Of a DNA stretch of 64,000 nt, positions 17,773 through 27,062 are shown piece after piece. Where the stretch lies: contig DJXD01000053.1 of the NCBI GenBank assembly GCA_002449585.1, positions 63,781-127,780 on the forward strand, written 5' to 3'. The notes under the pieces are model-generated. The model ran no database searches and had not been told where the DNA came from. It saw only the letters and a program-made list of their open reading frames with translations. Each line of letters begins with the position of its first letter. The stretch's first letter is position 1. The position numbers and the translations under genes were made by a program. The stretch is from Ruminococcus sp. UBA7013. Its GTDB lineage: Bacteria; Bacillota; Clostridia; Oscillospirales; Ruminococcaceae.

Positions 17773-18951
17773 ATGCAAAATTTTATCACACAGCAGGGAG
17801 ATGCCTGCTTTTTCAGGGCTGTAGGCGTTTCGCCGCATTATTTGCAGGAATTGGCCGGAATGGATGCATTGCTTTCTATTCAGGCATATTATAAAAGAAT
17901 CACAGGCTTTGAAAAACTGACAGATCCGAAGAAAATCGCAGAGTATCAGCAAAAACAGCCTGATTCTGATCTTCAGAAAGTTTTGATGCTCTGGAAAACC
18001 ATCATGCCGAATGCTAATCAGACAATTGAAAAAAATTTGATCATTTCATTGCTGTTTTGGGAAGAATATTATCTCAATGGCTTCCCGTCCGGCACAGACA
18101 GAAGAAAAAAATTAGTATGTTCCGGAAAAATCGGCTATAAAGAATATTTATTCTGTTATCTGGCTTTCCTCAAGGGAATTGATATTATGCTCCTGCTTCC
18201 GGAAGGAGATTTACAAATTGCACAAGCCTATCTGAATGTATCAAAATTACTCACACTCGGAAAGCCCCAAGTGATGCAGATTCCTGATTATCGTCATAAG
18301 ATTAATACTGTGCATCCGGGACGGAAATCTGTACCCAAACCAAAACCACAGCCCCGGCCTTCTTCCAATGAGCGGAAAGAATATAGTTATGAAGAATTGG
18401 CCAAATTAGCGAAATCTGTCGTAATGTTAGGAATCTATGACAAAAGCGGCGAATTTGTCGGAAGCGGCTCAGGCATCGCTATCAGTACAGATGGATATAT
18501 TTTAACTAATCTGCATGTTGTCAATGATGGCAGAGTTTACGCCGCACGGCTTGAACATGATGATAAAATTTATCCATCTTTTCAGATTTTGAAATATCAT
18601 ACATTGTTTGATCTGGCTGTAATTCAGATCGAGCGGAAATTAGAACCGCTCCGGATTTTTGACGGCCGGTCAGAACTTGTCCGGGGTCAGAAAGTGGTTG
18701 CAATCGGTAGCCCTATGGGATTTTTAAATTCTGTTTCTGATGGGATTATTTCCGGTTTCCGACAGATTGAAAATCAGCATTTTATTCAGCATACGGCAGC
18801 TGTCTCAAATGGCAGCTGCGGAGGTGCTTTGCTGAATACATACGGGGAAGTGATCGGCATTAATACCGCACATGTGATCCATGGGGAAAATATGAATCTG
18901 GCTGTAAGCTATCAGCAAATTTTGCCGTTTATTCTGGGCTTTGTGAAATAA
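17773..18951 (+). CDS. Trypsin-like (S1C/HtrA-like) serine protease with an uncharacterised roughly 200-aa N-terminal domain
   Basis: Catalytic triad contexts TNLHVV (His), DLAVIQI (Asp) and NGSCGGALLN (Ser). No signal peptide or PDZ domain was seen. Consensus promoter TTGACA-N17-TATAAT at about 17720. Confidence 0.7.
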   Translation: MQNFITQQGDACFFRAVGVSPHYLQELAGMDALLSIQAYYKRITGFEKLTDPKKIAEYQQKQPDSDLQKVLMLWKTIMPNANQTIEKNLIISLLFWEEYYLNGFPSGTDRRKKLVCSGKIGYKEYLFCYLAFLKGIDIMLLLPEGDLQIAQAYLNVSKLLTLGKPQVMQIPDYRHKINTVHPGRKSVPKPKPQPRPSSNERKEYSYEELAKLAKSVVMLGIYDKSGEFVGSGSGIAISTDGYILTNLHVVNDGRVYAARLEHDDKIYPSFQILKYHTLFDLAVIQIERKLEPLRIFDGRSELVRGQKVVAIGSPMGFLNSVSDGIISGFRQIENQHFIQHTAAVSNGSCGGALLNTYGEVIGINTAHVIHGENMNLAVSYQQILPFILGFVK

Positions 18952-21654
18952 TCAACGGGCAAGATGACAGTTTCGAAGCTGGATAAATTTTCCTTGCTCC
19001 AGATCAAGATCAATAATTGTATATTCTTTTGTCATGCTCTCAGAAGACAGGGCGGCGGCTTCTTTGCCTACACTGTCATAGATCACAATCATACCGGATG
19101 CAGAAGAAAATACAGAATGCACCCCTTTCGGCAGATCCCGGCCAATTTGAAACATACCACTGTAAGCATAAGGATCTAATATAGGAAAATGCGATTCATC
19201 ATAGAGAATAGCATCTGAAAATACAAGATATTGCCCATCTTCCAAATCAACATAGCGGCAGGTTTGAGACCATCCGCCAATGAGAATATTCTTCTTTTCC
19301 GGCGAATCATAAACATCCAGCTGGAAAGAAGGATTTTCTTCCGGATTTCCTGCCGTGAATGCCAGATACAGCCCGGCCGGCAGATCTTTTCCAATCAGAT
19401 AGCTGCCAGCCGGAATGCCGTTTTCCTGCTGTGCCGTGCCGCCATCTGTGATGGTGCAGAAACTGGTTTTTAATAATTCGCCTTTATGAATCGTGATAGC
19501 AATATGATCATTACTGCCAATATAATTTTCCTCTATAATCGGCTGAGAATTGACTTTTGCATCCGGATAGACAGAATATGTCCCATCATATTCTTGATCT
19601 GCTGTTAAAATATAAGTTCCCGGCTTTATATCAATGCCAACCCGAAACATACCGCTTGACTTCCAGGGATCAGGATTTTCTGTGATGCTGTCAGCAGGAT
19701 ATAAATCAGAATGCGCAAAATGAATATATTGCCCGTTTTCGAGTTCAAAAAAGCCAAAATTCTGATACCAGCCGCCGCCGATTTTTTCGGTGTCTGCGCC
19801 TTCCTGATAAGGTTGATTATAAATTCCAAAATAGAAATCTCCATAGCCGAAACTAGTATTGCTTTTTGCCAGATACAGCCCAGCCGGCAGATCTTTGCCA
19901 ACTTCATAACTTCCGGATTCATAAATTTTATTGGCAGTGGGTTCTGTGATGGTCTGCTTTGGCCTGTGATAAGATTCTGTCTCTGTCACCGTTGGCGGAA
20001 AATAAAGGCTTTCCGATGTCGGTGCAGTGGATTCCAGCGTTTTTTGTTCTGATAATTGATGCATCATGTTTCCGGCAAAGGACATGACAGCCAGAAAGAA
20101 AAAGGCAATCCCGACGGCCGATAATGCTGTAAAAAATCCTGGCAGATTCTTGATTTTTATTTCCTGCTTTTCAGGTAAAAAAGAAATTTCCAAAAGTTTG
20201 CATTCTCCTGTGCCGATATATTCCAGATAAAAAGATCTGTTCCCGGAGAGCATGGTAAGTGCGGCCTGTGTTTCTGTCCAGTCTGAATTGATAGAGATCG
20301 GAAATTCTCCGCAGTACTGCTTTTTTTGCAAATCTGTATAGACACGGAAACAGCCTTCCCCTGTGGATTGATATTTCAAACTGCATGTGATATGATCCGG
20401 AAAATGAAAATATTGATAGCCAATCAATGTGCCGTCAGAAATTTCAGCAATAAAACGCTGATTCTCCTCATGTGCCACATGTGGAAAATGTTCTGTAAAA
20501 ATCTGATTTGATCCGTGAGGCATGTGGCCGTTTGTGATGTGACAGGCGATCACAGCCGGATAAATCCCTTCTGCTCGGAGTGGTTCTCCATTCAATCCGC
20601 AGGAAGTAACCCCAACTTGTGGAATACTTCCATCTGGAAGAATTTCAATGCGTTCGGCACATGCCTGACGACTGTAATCAGATTTATGCGTCAAACGATG
20701 ATAGAAAATATACCATTGTCCCCGGATACAAATCAAACTGCCATGATTTGTACCTGTCATATTAAGCCGATCTTCAGGGGCTCGGCCATGCAGACCAATA
20801 TCACCATTGGAAATGATGACACCGCCATAATGAAAATCATGATCTGGCGCATTGCTTATGGCATAGCATAATTCATGATTCTGCATAGAAGAATAAATAA
20901 AATAATATTTCTGGTCAATTTTCCGGATAGAGGAAGCTTCAAAAAATGGATGTGCTTCAAAATCCGTATGCTTTACGGCATAGGGAATAATATGCTTTGA
21001 GGGTTCTTTGACCGTCAGCATATCATTTTCCAGAACACACATGACCGCACCCATGACGCTGTCAGGAGTATTCAAAATTTCCTCTTCTGATTTGCCAAAC
21101 ATTTCGCATTCTTTGCGGATCAATTCAGGATCATTCCGGAAGTCCGTTTCTTCTTCATAAGGGTATTGTGTGCCGTAATATAAGCGAATCACGCCATTAT
21201 CATTGATCACAGCAGGATCAAAGCAGATATATTTTTTCATCGGCGATCCGTCAGCATTGCGGACATAGCCCAAATATTGATATTTTCCGGCAGGGGTATC
21301 ACAGACGGCCACGCTGATCACACCGCTGTATCCGCCAATCCCATATTTTCCCGACAGGCAGTAATATAAATAAAATCTGCCATCATTGCCCTGTACAACA
21401 TCAGGGGCATACATATAAGAACGTTCTTCACTATAAAATGCATCTTGGGATGCATGATAAATGATTCCTTCATAATGCCAATGTTTTAGATCATTGATAT
21501 TTGCAGAATAGACGGCATAATCCAGCATACAAAACGTTTCCCCGCCTTCTTTGTCATGTGAACCGAATAAATAAACTCTATTGCCAAAAATATGAGGTTC
21601 TCCGTCTGCAATATATTCATGTAAAGGCAAAAATGGATTGAAAATTTGATCCAT
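18952..21654 (-). CDS. GH43-like glycoside hydrolase domain - single TM helix - four-module C-terminal repeat region (900 aa)
   Basis: The N-terminus (NPFLPLHEYIADGEPHIFGNRVYLFGSHD...) resembles clan GH-F/GH43 beta-propeller enzymes and has no signal peptide. The hydrophobic helix is FFTALSAVGIAFFFLAVMSFAG (about nt 20068-20140). Four modules then share G.D.P.G.Y cores (VGKDLPAGLYLA, VGIDIKPGTYIL, IGKDLPAGLYLA, IGRDLPKGVHSV). Confidence 0.7.
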   Translation of the reverse strand: MDQIFNPFLPLHEYIADGEPHIFGNRVYLFGSHDKEGGETFCMLDYAVYSANINDLKHWHYEGIIYHASQDAFYSEERSYMYAPDVVQGNDGRFYLYYCLSGKYGIGGYSGVISVAVCDTPAGKYQYLGYVRNADGSPMKKYICFDPAVINDNGVIRLYYGTQYPYEEETDFRNDPELIRKECEMFGKSEEEILNTPDSVMGAVMCVLENDMLTVKEPSKHIIPYAVKHTDFEAHPFFEASSIRKIDQKYYFIYSSMQNHELCYAISNAPDHDFHYGGVIISNGDIGLHGRAPEDRLNMTGTNHGSLICIRGQWYIFYHRLTHKSDYSRQACAERIEILPDGSIPQVGVTSCGLNGEPLRAEGIYPAVIACHITNGHMPHGSNQIFTEHFPHVAHEENQRFIAEISDGTLIGYQYFHFPDHITCSLKYQSTGEGCFRVYTDLQKKQYCGEFPISINSDWTETQAALTMLSGNRSFYLEYIGTGECKLLEISFLPEKQEIKIKNLPGFFTALSAVGIAFFFLAVMSFAGNMMHQLSEQKTLESTAPTSESLYFPPTVTETESYHRPKQTITEPTANKIYESGSYEVGKDLPAGLYLAKSNTSFGYGDFYFGIYNQPYQEGADTEKIGGGWYQNFGFFELENGQYIHFAHSDLYPADSITENPDPWKSSGMFRVGIDIKPGTYILTADQEYDGTYSVYPDAKVNSQPIIEENYIGSNDHIAITIHKGELLKTSFCTITDGGTAQQENGIPAGSYLIGKDLPAGLYLAFTAGNPEENPSFQLDVYDSPEKKNILIGGWSQTCRYVDLEDGQYLVFSDAILYDESHFPILDPYAYSGMFQIGRDLPKGVHSVFSSASGMIVIYDSVGKEAAALSSESMTKEYTIIDLDLEQGKFIQLRNCHLAR

Positions 21655-21667
21655 AAGATCACACTCC

Positions 21668-21871
21668 TTAAATCGTTGAATGGAATATTATCATAATAAT
21701 AGGGGCTATGAGTAATGCCACACCAGCCACTAAAACAATCGCAGATAGGATATGCATATTTTTTTCATTTTCTTTTTTTTCCTGATTTTCAGATTCAGAT
21801 ACATGCCAAAAAGCAGCACCCAGGCCGCTCATGACAGCAATAATAATAAATAGAAAAAATAAGATGGTCAT
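21668..21871 (-). CDS. Small two-TM membrane protein (67 aa)
   Basis: Two hydrophobic helices separated by an acidic/lysine loop. It lies immediately upstream of the GH43-like gene on the same strand. Confidence 0.4.
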   Translation of the reverse strand: MTILFFLFIIIAVMSGLGAAFWHVSESENQEKKENEKNMHILSAIVLVAGVALLIAPIIMIIFHSTI

Positions 21872-22013
21872 AAGCCTGTTCCTTTCTGAATGGTTTTACT
21901 AATTAGTGCATTTCGAATCATAAATATTACAGTCAGCTGCAAATTTCAGTTATCTGCACAAATCTGATTCTGAATATTATACGTTTTGGACAATCAAATT
22001 TATGGAGAAAAGC

Positions 22014-22051
22014 AAAAAAACCTGTTTCTGAAATTTCAGAAACAGGTTTTT
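22014..22051. terminator. Bidirectional terminator
   Basis: Perfect stem cctgtttctga/tcagaaacagg, flanked by A7 and T4. Confidence 0.7.
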
Positions 22052-22052
22052 A

Positions 22053-23108
22053 TCAGCCTGTGTATAAAATGCAGAGCTTCTTGCATTTTTCTTTCTGTGA
22101 CAGATTTGTTATCAGCCATGAGAAAAACAGCGTTCCGGCCAGAACAGATAAAAATTTGACCGTGTCATTTGTGATATGAATTTTCTGGTAAATCATCGAA
22201 ATGCCTGCGCCAATGAATAAATGCAGATAATAAACAAGTGAACTCATAATTCTTAGCTGTTTGTAAATGCCGCTTTCAGGAAGCATGATCTGTGATACCC
22301 ATAAGAAAAGAAAAATACATGTGGGTATCAAAAAAAGATACATGTCATTTGCATAAGCCCAATGAAGTCGCTGGATCAGCAGAAATTCTCCTGCAAACAG
22401 CAGCATAGAAATCACAAACAGGATGCAGGATTTCCGTGCTGAAATCCGGATTTTTCCGTAAGCGCACAGCATTCCCCCAGCAACAAAAAGAAAACCATCA
22501 TGCAGGCCGTTTCTGGTTGTTTCGGCGATATTCCGGAGAATTTTCAGAAAATTAAGCAAATCAGGCGCATCATTCAACAGCGGACGCACTAGGCCATAAT
22601 AGCTTTGCCCTGCTAGGCCAATGAGATAAAAAATAATGGAAATTCCAAAAATCTGAAACGGCTTTGCTTTTCCTGTCAGCAGTCCCGAAACCAGCAGAAC
22701 CGCCAGACAGAGCGCAGGAAAATACCAAAAATGAAAATATGTTCCTGTAAAAAGCAATCTTCTGCAATAATCTATGATATGATGCAGTAACGGCTTCCCA
22801 TCGCCATGATAATATTTCAGATATGTCAAAGGAAGATAAATCACTGACCAGATCAGATATAATCTGATCAATTTTTTGATATAGCTGAAAGTGGTCTGTA
22901 TTTCAAAATGTTCCGGAGATGATTTTTTATATAGAAAAAATCCGGATGAAAGAAAGAAAAAAGGAACAGCAATTCGTGCAAAACAGTTCTGAATCCAGTG
23001 ATTGATCTGTGCTGTGCCTGTCGGCTGAAAATGAATCATAACTACGAGAATCGAACAGATGAATTTTGTCAGATCAATGCCGTAATACTGCTTTTTTGAT
23101 TGATTCAT
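22053..23108 (-). CDS. Acyltransferase family 3 integral membrane protein
   Basis: About 10 predicted TM helices and the N-terminal pattern D..K.I....V...H typical of acyltransferase_3. Confidence 0.75.
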   Translation of the reverse strand: MNQSKKQYYGIDLTKFICSILVVMIHFQPTGTAQINHWIQNCFARIAVPFFFLSSGFFLYKKSSPEHFEIQTTFSYIKKLIRLYLIWSVIYLPLTYLKYYHGDGKPLLHHIIDYCRRLLFTGTYFHFWYFPALCLAVLLVSGLLTGKAKPFQIFGISIIFYLIGLAGQSYYGLVRPLLNDAPDLLNFLKILRNIAETTRNGLHDGFLFVAGGMLCAYGKIRISARKSCILFVISMLLFAGEFLLIQRLHWAYANDMYLFLIPTCIFLFLWVSQIMLPESGIYKQLRIMSSLVYYLHLFIGAGISMIYQKIHITNDTVKFLSVLAGTLFFSWLITNLSQKEKCKKLCILYTG

Positions 23109-23125
23109 GATAAGAAGCCCCCTGA

Positions 23126-24499
23126 TTATTCTTGATAAAGTGCTTCATGCAGTGTGCGGAGCAATGTCCCTGTGATGTCCGTTGTGCTGACATCGCCACT
23201 GATGCGATTTTCAATTTCAATGCAGAAAGCAATTGGAAATTCAGGATTGTCTACAAATCCTGTCAATAAAGAATTTTCTGTTTTTGCATTGCCGATTTGT
23301 GCCGTTCCGCTTTTTACACCAACATCCCCAAACTGGCATAAAGTTTGATAATGATTTCGTCCATTATCCAGCATGATCTCTTTCATATATTGTGCTGTTT
23401 CTGGTGTAAACTGCTGACTGCTGTATTTCGTTTCGGCTGGATTAGCAACAGCCCCATTGACTTTGATAGTATGATCAATCAGATATGGATATGTTGTTTT
23501 TCCTGTCATATTTGCAATGGCACTCTGCCATAACATGATTTGCAAAGGACTCACAAGCGTTTCACCCTGTCCCATACATCCCCATTGTGTATTGAAATCC
23601 GTTTTAGATTTCAGATATGTCGATGCTGTGAAAGCAGAAATGCCATTAATATCAAGATATTTCTGAGTGCCTTCGTTATTGACCAGAAATCCCATTTTTT
23701 CATATGTTCGCTGAATATCTTCCAGAGGAAATTCCGGATCTTCTACTAGCTGTGCAAAAAATGGATTGCAACTGTTTGCAAATGCCTGTGTTAGATTCTG
23801 CATTCCATGCCCGGAAGATTTATGACATTTGATGTCTTTCCCGTCCTGATTTGTATAAATTCCCGAACAGCTGAATTGTTTCTGCATTACTTGATCATAG
23901 CCCATGCTTTCCAATGCCGCAATACTAGTTGCAATCTTCTGCGTAGATCCCGGAACTGCTGGAAGAAATACTTTGCACAGCAAACTTCCATTTTCTAATG
24001 TATCCAGATCATCATAGTGATTTAAAATATTAACGCTTGGCTTGCTCAGACAGATATAAATTTCACCTGTCAGATAATTATAGGCAACAGCACAGCCATT
24101 TTTATTGCCGAATGCATCATAAACTTTTCGATTGACTTTATGATCCAGTGTGCAATAAATGGCGGATTGTCCGTTTTCCTGTTCCCCAAGCATAAAGCTG
24201 AATTTTGCAAGATCACCCATATTTTGCGCAACAAGAGTATTACTCATCTGTCGGGAAGCATCTCCGATCAGATTGCCAATATCTATAAAATAATCATTGC
24301 CATAAATCTGTGCATCTGCATCCGGATCAAATAAAACATCTCCGTTCCGGTCATAGACACAGCCAAGGGATATTTTAGAAGCATTGGAAATATAAAATCC
24401 GGCTTCTGTCTGAAGTTTATACACCAGAAAGGCAAATACACCCAGAAAAATCAGCAGCATTGCGCTGATCAGATGCTGTACTCTTTGAATACTTTTCAT
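23126..24499 (-). CDS. Penicillin-binding protein (class B transpeptidase)
   Basis: N-terminal TM anchor, SxxK (GSTQK), SxN-like and KSG(T) motifs. It overlaps the rodA/ftsW-like gene through ATGA. Confidence 0.85.
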   Translation of the reverse strand: MKSIQRVQHLISAMLLIFLGVFAFLVYKLQTEAGFYISNASKISLGCVYDRNGDVLFDPDADAQIYGNDYFIDIGNLIGDASRQMSNTLVAQNMGDLAKFSFMLGEQENGQSAIYCTLDHKVNRKVYDAFGNKNGCAVAYNYLTGEIYICLSKPSVNILNHYDDLDTLENGSLLCKVFLPAVPGSTQKIATSIAALESMGYDQVMQKQFSCSGIYTNQDGKDIKCHKSSGHGMQNLTQAFANSCNPFFAQLVEDPEFPLEDIQRTYEKMGFLVNNEGTQKYLDINGISAFTASTYLKSKTDFNTQWGCMGQGETLVSPLQIMLWQSAIANMTGKTTYPYLIDHTIKVNGAVANPAETKYSSQQFTPETAQYMKEIMLDNGRNHYQTLCQFGDVGVKSGTAQIGNAKTENSLLTGFVDNPEFPIAFCIEIENRISGDVSTTDITGTLLRTLHEALYQE

Positions 24500-25776
24500 G
24501 TTGTCACCTTCTTTGCCGTCTTTTTCGGCGGAGCTTTATGCCGGAATAGCGGAGATTGTCCCGCTTTTAGCATCCCTACCAGAAAACCGCATGTGATCAT
24601 AGAACTTCCGCCCTGTGAAAGAAATGGCAGTGTCACCCCTGTGAATGGAATCAGCGCACAAGAACCAAAAATATTTAATCCCATCTGCGCCAGAAATGCC
24701 GCTGTCACCCCTGCGGTCATGGTTGCGTGATAATAGCTTTTCGGCGGATTCATGAGTACTGTCATTAGCATAATCAAAATCAGCATGACAGTCAAAAGGG
24801 CAAATAGCAAGCCCCATTCTTCACATATTGTTGCAAAGACAATATCCGATTCATGTGCAAAGATATGACAAAGTGCGCCGTTTCCTGCCCCCACACCAAG
24901 CCAGCCGCCTTTTGCGATGCCAATTAATGCTTCACACTGCTGATAGCCGTCTCCATAACGATCCGCCCAGATATCTACATGCAAACGCTTTTGTACATAT
25001 TCCGGCGCAAATGACCAGGCCGCTGATAAAATACCTATGCCAGCAATACACATTATGGCAATCAAACGCTTTGAAATTTTTGCCTTCGGATAGCATAGCC
25101 GACAGAATAAAGCACATACGAAAATAGCCGCAAAAGTCGGCAGACTTCCCAGATCATGACACCACCATTGCAACGCAAAAATCATGATCGTTACACCAGA
25201 TAAAATCAGTGTATCTTTGGAAACCCAGAAAAATAAGATCTTGATTTTTTCATGCAGTTCTACAATAGATGCCGCACATACCAGAATATAACAGGGCTTT
25301 ATAAATTCAGACGGCTGTATGGAAAAACTCCCGAAAGTAATCCATTTTTTTTGATTATCTGTGAAAAATATAATCAAGATGAATAATAATACAATCAGCG
25401 CATAAATCCAACCTTTTTGTTTCCTGATCCATTCATGATTTCTGGTCAGTAAAAATCCGGCCTCACAAGCCGCCAGGCACATCACACAGGAAATCAGATG
25501 CTTGACAGACAGGCCAATGCTCCCAAAACAAGACTGAAAAATTAAGCTGATATTTAATAAAGCTAATAGCATAAAATCCAGAGTATAAGTCATTTGTTCA
25601 TATGCAAGTGTCAGCAGAAGGTAACCCACATCCAGCCCGATCACTGCCCCGGCCAGTTTCAGGAATGCCCCTGCACTGGTAATGCTTCCACGGATAAAGA
25701 CAATTACCAGCATAGAAATATGTGTCAGAAACAGCATCAGCACAACACGGGAATAAGATAATTTATTCTGATACAT
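24496..25776 (-). CDS. FtsW/RodA/SpoVE (SEDS) family peptidoglycan polymerase
   Basis: Polytopic membrane protein with the conserved C-terminal SEDS motif (ALIPFTGVTLPFLSQGGSSM). Confidence 0.9.
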   Translation of the reverse strand: MYQNKLSYSRVVLMLFLTHISMLVIVFIRGSITSAGAFLKLAGAVIGLDVGYLLLTLAYEQMTYTLDFMLLALLNISLIFQSCFGSIGLSVKHLISCVMCLAACEAGFLLTRNHEWIRKQKGWIYALIVLLFILIIFFTDNQKKWITFGSFSIQPSEFIKPCYILVCAASIVELHEKIKILFFWVSKDTLILSGVTIMIFALQWWCHDLGSLPTFAAIFVCALFCRLCYPKAKISKRLIAIMCIAGIGILSAAWSFAPEYVQKRLHVDIWADRYGDGYQQCEALIGIAKGGWLGVGAGNGALCHIFAHESDIVFATICEEWGLLFALLTVMLILIMLMTVLMNPPKSYYHATMTAGVTAAFLAQMGLNIFGSCALIPFTGVTLPFLSQGGSSMITCGFLVGMLKAGQSPLFRHKAPPKKTAKKVTT

Positions 25777-25794
25777 AAAATTCTCCTTTCTGAG

Positions 25795-26280
25795 CTAGTT
25801 TTCATTTTCTTCTTCTGTTTCATGCATCTGTCTTTGCAGATATAACCGGATTTCTCCCAGCTGAATGCAATCCCCAACAGAAAGCTTTTTCTGCTGACGG
25901 ATTTTTTTGTCATTGACATAAATACCACTTCGGGAATTTAGATCTGTAATACTCCATTTTTTCCCTGTTACAGTCATGACAGCATGATATCTGGAAACAG
26001 ATGGATGATTCAGCCGAATATCTGCCGAAGTGTGTCGGCCAAGCAATATTTCATCTGCTTCCAGCGGATAATGATGCATCTCTTCCCCGACTTTTCTGCA
26101 AAGCTCCATATCATCGCTGACTTTCTGCCAGCGTTTTCCGCAAAGTGCCGCTTCTTGGCCTGCTGCTAAAATAATATGTACTGCAAATAAATCCAGAATC
26201 ACAACCGCCGCCGCACTTAAAACTAAATCCGGAATTTGCAGCCCGGAAAGCATTGTCCATAATTCTTTTACCCATTCCAA
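25795..26280 (-). CDS. Membrane-anchored FHA domain protein
   Basis: One TM helix followed by FHA motifs (LLGRHTSADIRLNHPSVSRYHA...GIYVN). Confidence 0.8.
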   Translation of the reverse strand: MEWVKELWTMLSGLQIPDLVLSAAAVVILDLFAVHIILAAGQEAALCGKRWQKVSDDMELCRKVGEEMHHYPLEADEILLGRHTSADIRLNHPSVSRYHAVMTVTGKKWSITDLNSRSGIYVNDKKIRQQKKLSVGDCIQLGEIRLYLQRQMHETEEENEN

Positions 26281-26504
26281 GTAAATTCACCCTTTCTTTC
26301 GGAACTTGATTTTATTATAGTATATTTTTCAATTCCTTGCAACTGGATTTTTTAATTTTCCCGAAATTACCACATGTCTTTCAGAATTTTTGATAAAATT
26401 CTGTAAAAAGGCTTGACTTTTTTTAGATACTGTGCTATAATGAAAGCATCATAAAACCCGCCCCTCTTGTATTGATGCAAGAGTTGCCGGAAGGAGGAAT
26501 TTTT

Positions 26505-27023
26505 TTGAAAGTAACTGTAAATGCAAAAAAAATGCAGGTATCCCAGGCTTTCACTGATTATGCTCAAAAACGTCTTGATACAAAACTTGACAAGTTTTTT
26601 GGCGAAGAAGCAGAAGCAAAAGTAATGCTGACAGAACAGAAAAATCAGATCGTTCTGGAATTGACTGTCCGTTATAATCAGATGCTCTATCGTGCTGAAC
26701 AGTCCGCTGTGGATAAAAATGATGCGCTTGATGCCGCAATTGATAAGATTATCCGTCAGATCCGCAAGAACAAAACACGGCTTGAAAAACGGCTGAAAGA
26801 TAATGCATTCAAACAGGATTTTGAGGATATTGTAGAAGAATCTGACATCAGTGTCATTCGTTACAAACAATTTGAAATGCGCCCCATGACTGCGGAAGAG
26901 GCAATTATTCAGATGAATCAGCTGGGACATAGTTTCTTTATGTTTGAAGATGCGGCAACCGGAAGTATCAACGTTGTATATCAGCGAGCAGATGAAGGAT
27001 ATGCCGTGATCCAGCCGAAATGA
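26505..27023 (+). CDS. hpf: Ribosome hibernation promoting factor (long HPF)
   Basis: TTG start 6 nt after the AAGGAGGA RBS. N-terminal sigma-54-modulation/RaiA fold (KVTVNAKKMQV..A..YA..KL) plus a C-terminal dimerisation domain (..MTAEEAIIQMNQLGHSFFMFED). Confidence 0.9.
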   Translation: MKVTVNAKKMQVSQAFTDYAQKRLDTKLDKFFGEEAEAKVMLTEQKNQIVLELTVRYNQMLYRAEQSAVDKNDALDAAIDKIIRQIRKNKTRLEKRLKDNAFKQDFEDIVEESDISVIRYKQFEMRPMTAEEAIIQMNQLGHSFFMFEDAATGSINVVYQRADEGYAVIQPK

Positions 27024-27030
27024 AAAACAA

Positions 27031-27059
27031 CACCGCCCGGAAACGAGCGGTGCTTTTTT
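27031..27059. terminator. Terminator after hpf, shared with the convergent gene
   Basis: Stem caccgc/gcggtg followed by a T6 run, with an A-run upstream. Confidence 0.55.
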
Positions 27060-27062
27060 GAT

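Noticed and set aside
26367-26930. A 187-aa minus-strand ORF overlapping hpf.
   Set aside because: It is antisense to a strongly supported HPF gene, has Phe/Ile/Cys-rich composition, no RBS, and no recognisable domains.
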